Positions 59,469 through 64,000 of a DNA stretch of 64,000 bases are shown here, piece after piece. Source of the stretch: Daphnia carinata (Eukaryota); NCBI RefSeq assembly GCF_022539665.2, contig NC_081331.1:4712001-4776000 (forward strand). Reading direction: 5' to 3'. Within the stretch, counting starts at the first letter, position 1. The number at the start of each line of letters is the position of its first letter. A program made the position numbers and the translations under genes. The notes under the pieces were generated by a model. The model was not told where the DNA came from. It searched no databases and saw only the letters and a list, made by a program, of their open reading frames with translations.

Positions 59469-60967
59469 AAAGTCGGCATTGAGGAGTAGCCCAATCTAAA
59501 CGAAGCATGACAACTTCAATAACGAGAGGTGAAATAATGAGAACAACCTTCCGCCAATTTCAAATGAGACGCTAATACAAAAATTAAAAAATTCAAAGGG
59601 GAATAAAATGATACGAAAGAAAACTGAAAAATACATGATTTCTATAATAATTTTTTTGTTCTTTTCTGCAAAGTAGAATTCATTCTTATTTTTGTATATA
59701 ATATATGTATATCTTAATAAAAAAGAGAGATGAAAAGAAAAACGGTTGAAGAAAGAAGGATTATAGACAATATAAGAACTTGAAGCCTATTAGAGAGATG
59801 TGTACAAAGTAAGGGGAGATATTGCAAACGACCTCTTTGGTATCAAAACAATCGGCAAAAGTAATTCAGAGAACGAAAGAAGAGTGGTGGGGTCGAAAGA
59901 CAAACGCCTAATTGCGTACAACGGAGCGTGAGGATAGCAAACGCCAATCGCAATCACCGTATAATTCCCATCAGCGCTCAAACTAATCAATAGGCGAGAG
60001 GAAAAATGAATTAAAGAGATTTAAAAAAATTAAATTTCGAGATCCGTTGAACGACATTGTTGCTATCCCGTCCACCAATCTCTCGTTCGCTCATAAACAC
60101 CAACACAAAAAAAGAACACACCAGGATTCCCATGTGCACATCTGCAAAGCGTTCAACAATCAGAAGAGAACTTTCGCATTTGTATAACACATTGAACGAC
60201 GATGATCGTGATGAAAACCAATTCCTCCCCTTTCACTCTTAGTCCGACAGCCTACACATTTTTAACCTCTCATCTTCATCTCCTAGTGATTTTTATCTCT
60301 TTAACTTTTGAGATCGCCGGGACCTCATCCAATCGAAATTGTTCCTTCCGCAAAAGTTACTTGAATCGGCATGAATGAAAATTAACAGTTACGAGTCACA
60401 CGAAATCTAATCGAAGCTTGTCATTACTCATTAATGCGATCAATGATCTGTCGATTTGCTCACCAATCGACTACATTCAGGTGTGTATGTATGTATGTGT
60501 GTGTGTGTGTGTAGTAGACAACATATTTTTAAGGCTCAGCTCGGTGGAGACTAGGGGACGCGTCGAAACTACGAAACCGACGCCGTTTTCCAGACGTGAT
60601 TGACGACGTGTGATTGTCACTTCACCTGATACAGTGAATTTACGTCATCAAATCGTCAATCACTTAATCCTCATTAGTGGGGGGGGGGAGGAGGAAATCA
60701 ACTCGACAATACACGTAAAAAGGAAAAGACATTGGCTTTTGGTGGTGGCGGATACAAGGAGAGGATTTAAGGGTTATGATTATTAAAGTTGAACTTTGGG
60801 GTTGACAGTCAGATTTTTGTTTTTCTTTTCTTACCGACATATTCTGTCAAGTGTGTTACACTCGTGAGAAACAAGCGAACCGCTTATCTGGATTGGGTTG
60901 ATCCGTCCATTTCGGCCGATCTGCGACGGGCCCTTGGACGCTGTTGCCCGAATCTTTATCAGTCAGG

Positions 60968-63646
60968 TCACTTGGTGAGAAGCCCACCGGTCCCGGCGCT
61001 GTAACCGTAACTACCGTACGGCGATGGAGCATACTGGCTGTAGTGGTGTGACGTGTACGAGTACTCGGATCCGGGCATAACGCCACCACCAACTCCGACG
61101 CCACCTCCACCCACTGTTGAGTCGACATACGAAAGAATGAAGGACACAAAACAATCAATAAACACGTTTCCGCACTGCACTCTAGAGAGTATTGTAGCAC
61201 CCCAATTCAATCTAAATTCAGCTCCTTTTGTTTGGTGTGTCTATGCGTGTGTAGCCTTTTTGTTTTTCTTTCGTTTCCTATCGTCACGAAAACGGATAGG
61301 ACTGACTGACCGATGTGTTTAATTCTCTTTCTTTCACAGCTGGATGTAGAGTGAGTGCATCCATTCCACATCGGCCTTCCGCCATGAAATACCGGAATAA
61401 CGATGGCCAGAAAGAAAGAGATCACGTCGGCAAGGCAAACATAAGTAGACACAACCAGACAAAAGAGTTTGACATGGTTGGATTGAGAGAATTCAGGAAA
61501 ATAAAAACTAGAAATAAATTTCAAGCGAAAAACAAAAGCATTGTGCTGGTGCAACATCAATAAATCAAAAGTCAGACTACCAGTTGTCAAAAAAAGGAAA
61601 ACTAATCATCCAAATTTCATGCCAAATCAGTCAAGCGATGCAGGAAAGATGAAGAGAACATCGGCCACAAACAAACAAGCACATCTAAAAAGATTTCTTA
61701 GGTTTTAGGTTAGTTTCATTTTCAAAGCCAGGGATTCTTTTTGTTTGCCCGTGTTCTGTCTTTCTCTTTTCTTTGGTTAGTCTCTTTTGTTTTCTCTTTG
61801 ATATTCTACTCGCCTGAAGCCGTGCTGTTGGGGTAGGGAGCCATGAGACTGGGTAAAGTGTAAGACGCTGCCGCCGCCGCTGCCGCCGCCGCCGCCGCAA
61901 TGGGTTGGAGGAGCGTGAGAGCGGAGGAGGCGGAACGGGAGGAGGCGGTCGGTGGGGCGGAGGCAGCGGGAGGAGGCGAGGACAAGATCCGCGCCGCCTT
62001 CTCCTGCTCCTCGTGCTCCTCGATGCTCTGCTGTAGGTTGTGATGGTGATTGTTGTTGTTATTGTTGTTGTGATGGTTGTGGTGGTGCTGCGGAGGCGAC
62101 TCTGTCGGCGTCTCGGCCATCGTCCGGTAGACGGCGGCACAAAAGCCGTGAGAGGCCGCTTGATCCATGTCCATGTCCATGTGGTGATGAGGATGGACAT
62201 CATGGCCGCCGTCCGACATGGACGACGCCGTTGTCGTTGTCGTGCATTGGTGGTGTTGCTGATGCTGGATCAGGCAAGTGCTGCCCGGCAGTGGCGAAGA
62301 GTTGTGAGCTAGTAAGTGATGGTGGTGCCCAGCGCCACCACCAAGCCCAGTAGGCCCAGCAAGCCCAGAACTAGCGTACCCGCCAGTACCTGCAGTGCAG
62401 ACCGAAAGACCACCGATGCCGTCTAATAAACACACAACAACAACAACGTACACAAAACGTTCAGCCAATAAATCCACCAGGGGTAGGTTCAAGTGATCAA
62501 GTCAACATTTTCAAAAATGAAAATAAATAAATAAATAAAGTTTTACAAAATGCGACCATGCAATGAACTTGCAAAAAAAAAAATGCAAAGGAAGAAATAT
62601 TCAAATTTAAAATGAAAAGGCCTCAGTCAAATAACCCGCTAACAAAACAAACCAAATGAATGTTTCGTTTGTCTCATTTTGTGCATATGCAAAGTTGCAA
62701 ATGTGTCTTTTGCGCGAATTTTGTGAAAGAACCACGCCAAGTTCAAAGAAGAAGAATAAATAAAAAACAAGCTCTCGTGAAGGTATTGGGAAAAAATGAA
62801 ATCAATCAAACAATTCTTACCTTGTTGGTACTGGAGAGACGTGTCGACGACGCCGTTCGGCGTCAACATGTGCGCCTTAATATCCTGCATGCTGATGGGC
62901 GTCAAAGGTGTCAAAGAGCCACTGCCTACTCGAGTCAACCGTGCACAATAAGATAATGGTAAAACAAACAAACAAAAGTCAGTCAACTATGTTTTGCCAA
63001 ACAAACTATTCAGACTCTATTAATAAATCGATAGCTAAACTGTTGACATGCTTTGAACGTGTTTTTGCTATTCGATGATAATGATTGACTTACCGAGAGA
63101 TGTGCCCAGCGGCGGAGTGTAGATGGACGTGCTCTGAGCTTGCGTCATGGTGCTGATGGTATCGTAGAGCGGATCGCCCGAACTGCTAGACGTCACAACG
63201 CCATTAAAAGCGTTGGGGTTGTTGCCTGGACCTCCGTTGTTGGAGCCGTTTTGGCCGCCCCCACCCGATTGCTGTTGCCCCACGCCGTGGTGTTGTTGTT
63301 GCTGTTGCTGCTGCTGTTGGTGATCCGAAACGAAACTGGGCAGAGAGTAAGGCGATCCGCCGACGTTGTTGCTGCCCGTCGGTGAGCTGACAACTCCAGT
63401 CACGCTGCCAATGTCCGGCAGGAGTTTGTCGTCCTTCAAACTGGTGCTCCACTTGGTCGGCCACATCTGCCAATTTCAACAACAATAGTAAATTATTAAT
63501 TGAAATTCGTACAGGAAAGAAGCGAAAAAGGCAAATGACGGGCAATGAAATGCTTACGCTATAAAGTTGATCGCTGCCGTAATGCAATCGCTGACGTTTA
63601 ATTTCCTCGTCTTGATTTGCGTGGCCATTGAGATCGCGAATATCAT
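60968..63646 (-). CDS. Pax2/5/8: Pax2/5/8 (shaven/sparkling-like) transcription factor, C-terminal exons only (partial; paired box and octapeptide lie beyond the window)
   Basis: Phase-compatible exons are 63646-63558 (DDIRDLNGHANQDEEIKRQRLHYGSDQLYS), 63466-63094 (MWPTKW...IYTPPLGTSL), 62925-62821 (GSGSLTPLTPISMQDIK...), 62422-61814 (His/Ala/Gln-rich) and 61113-60968 (GGVMPGSEYSYTSHHYSQY...GYSAGTGGLLTK*). The KRQR..Y.GDQLYS.MW..KW, LTPLTPISMQ and MPGSE[YF]S motifs recall arthropod and vertebrate Pax2/5/8 C-termini. No DNA-binding domain is visible here, and the true last exon is uncertain. Confidence 0.78.
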
Positions 63647-64000
63647 CTAAAAAAAAAGGGGGGGAAAAATAAAAATGAAATTGAAGTTATTCGTCGATGC
63701 AAATCAGTGCATTTGAAATGAAATAACGACACGAAACATAAAAGGAGCAACATCTGTTTGACTCTGATGGGCCAATCTGGTACACGACCCATGACCCCTT
63801 CACCCCATTTTTATTCCCGTATAGCCCCATCATTTTAACATTTGTGCTCCCCTTCCTGCCTATCCGATGCGGAAGGGAATTAAAATAGGGGCCGATGAAA
63901 ATGCGCGCACGGGGAAAAGGAGAAACCATCGGGTCATTGGGTTTTGCTGGATCTGTGCGAAAATGGACGGCACCCTGTGAATTCGTCGACATTGTCATGG

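Overview
Eukaryotic genomic DNA, most likely from an arthropod and probably Daphnia or another cladoceran. This is inferred from the 55-90 nt introns, poly-A/T and microsatellite-rich intergenic DNA, and a Vasa with repeated CCHC knuckles. Three protein-coding genes can be assembled by hand. An LMO4-like LIM-only gene lies at 18439-22199 (+, 2 coding exons) within ~35 kb of non-coding DNA. A complete 10-exon METTL13/eEF1A-KNMT gene lies at 36585-39116 (+). The last five coding exons of a Pax2/5/8 (shaven-like) gene lie at 60968-63646 (-), and its paired domain is outside the window. Between the convergent METTL13 and Pax genes is a ~17 kb repeat island (~39.9-57.0 kb). It is a giant inverted duplication (40064-43682 vs 52613-56230) containing nested palindromes at several scales. 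Its spacer holds an intron-retaining, disabled vasa pseudogene, a nest of TIR elements with readable 7-8 bp target-site duplications (each inserted into the terminal repeat of another), and a Helitron-like element. The most unusual signal is about 15 tRNA-like (A-box/B-box) cassettes. None is a canonical tRNA gene or has a SINE tail. All are embedded inside three structurally unrelated kinds of non-autonomous DNA element. No transposase or other autonomous element ORF was recognised.
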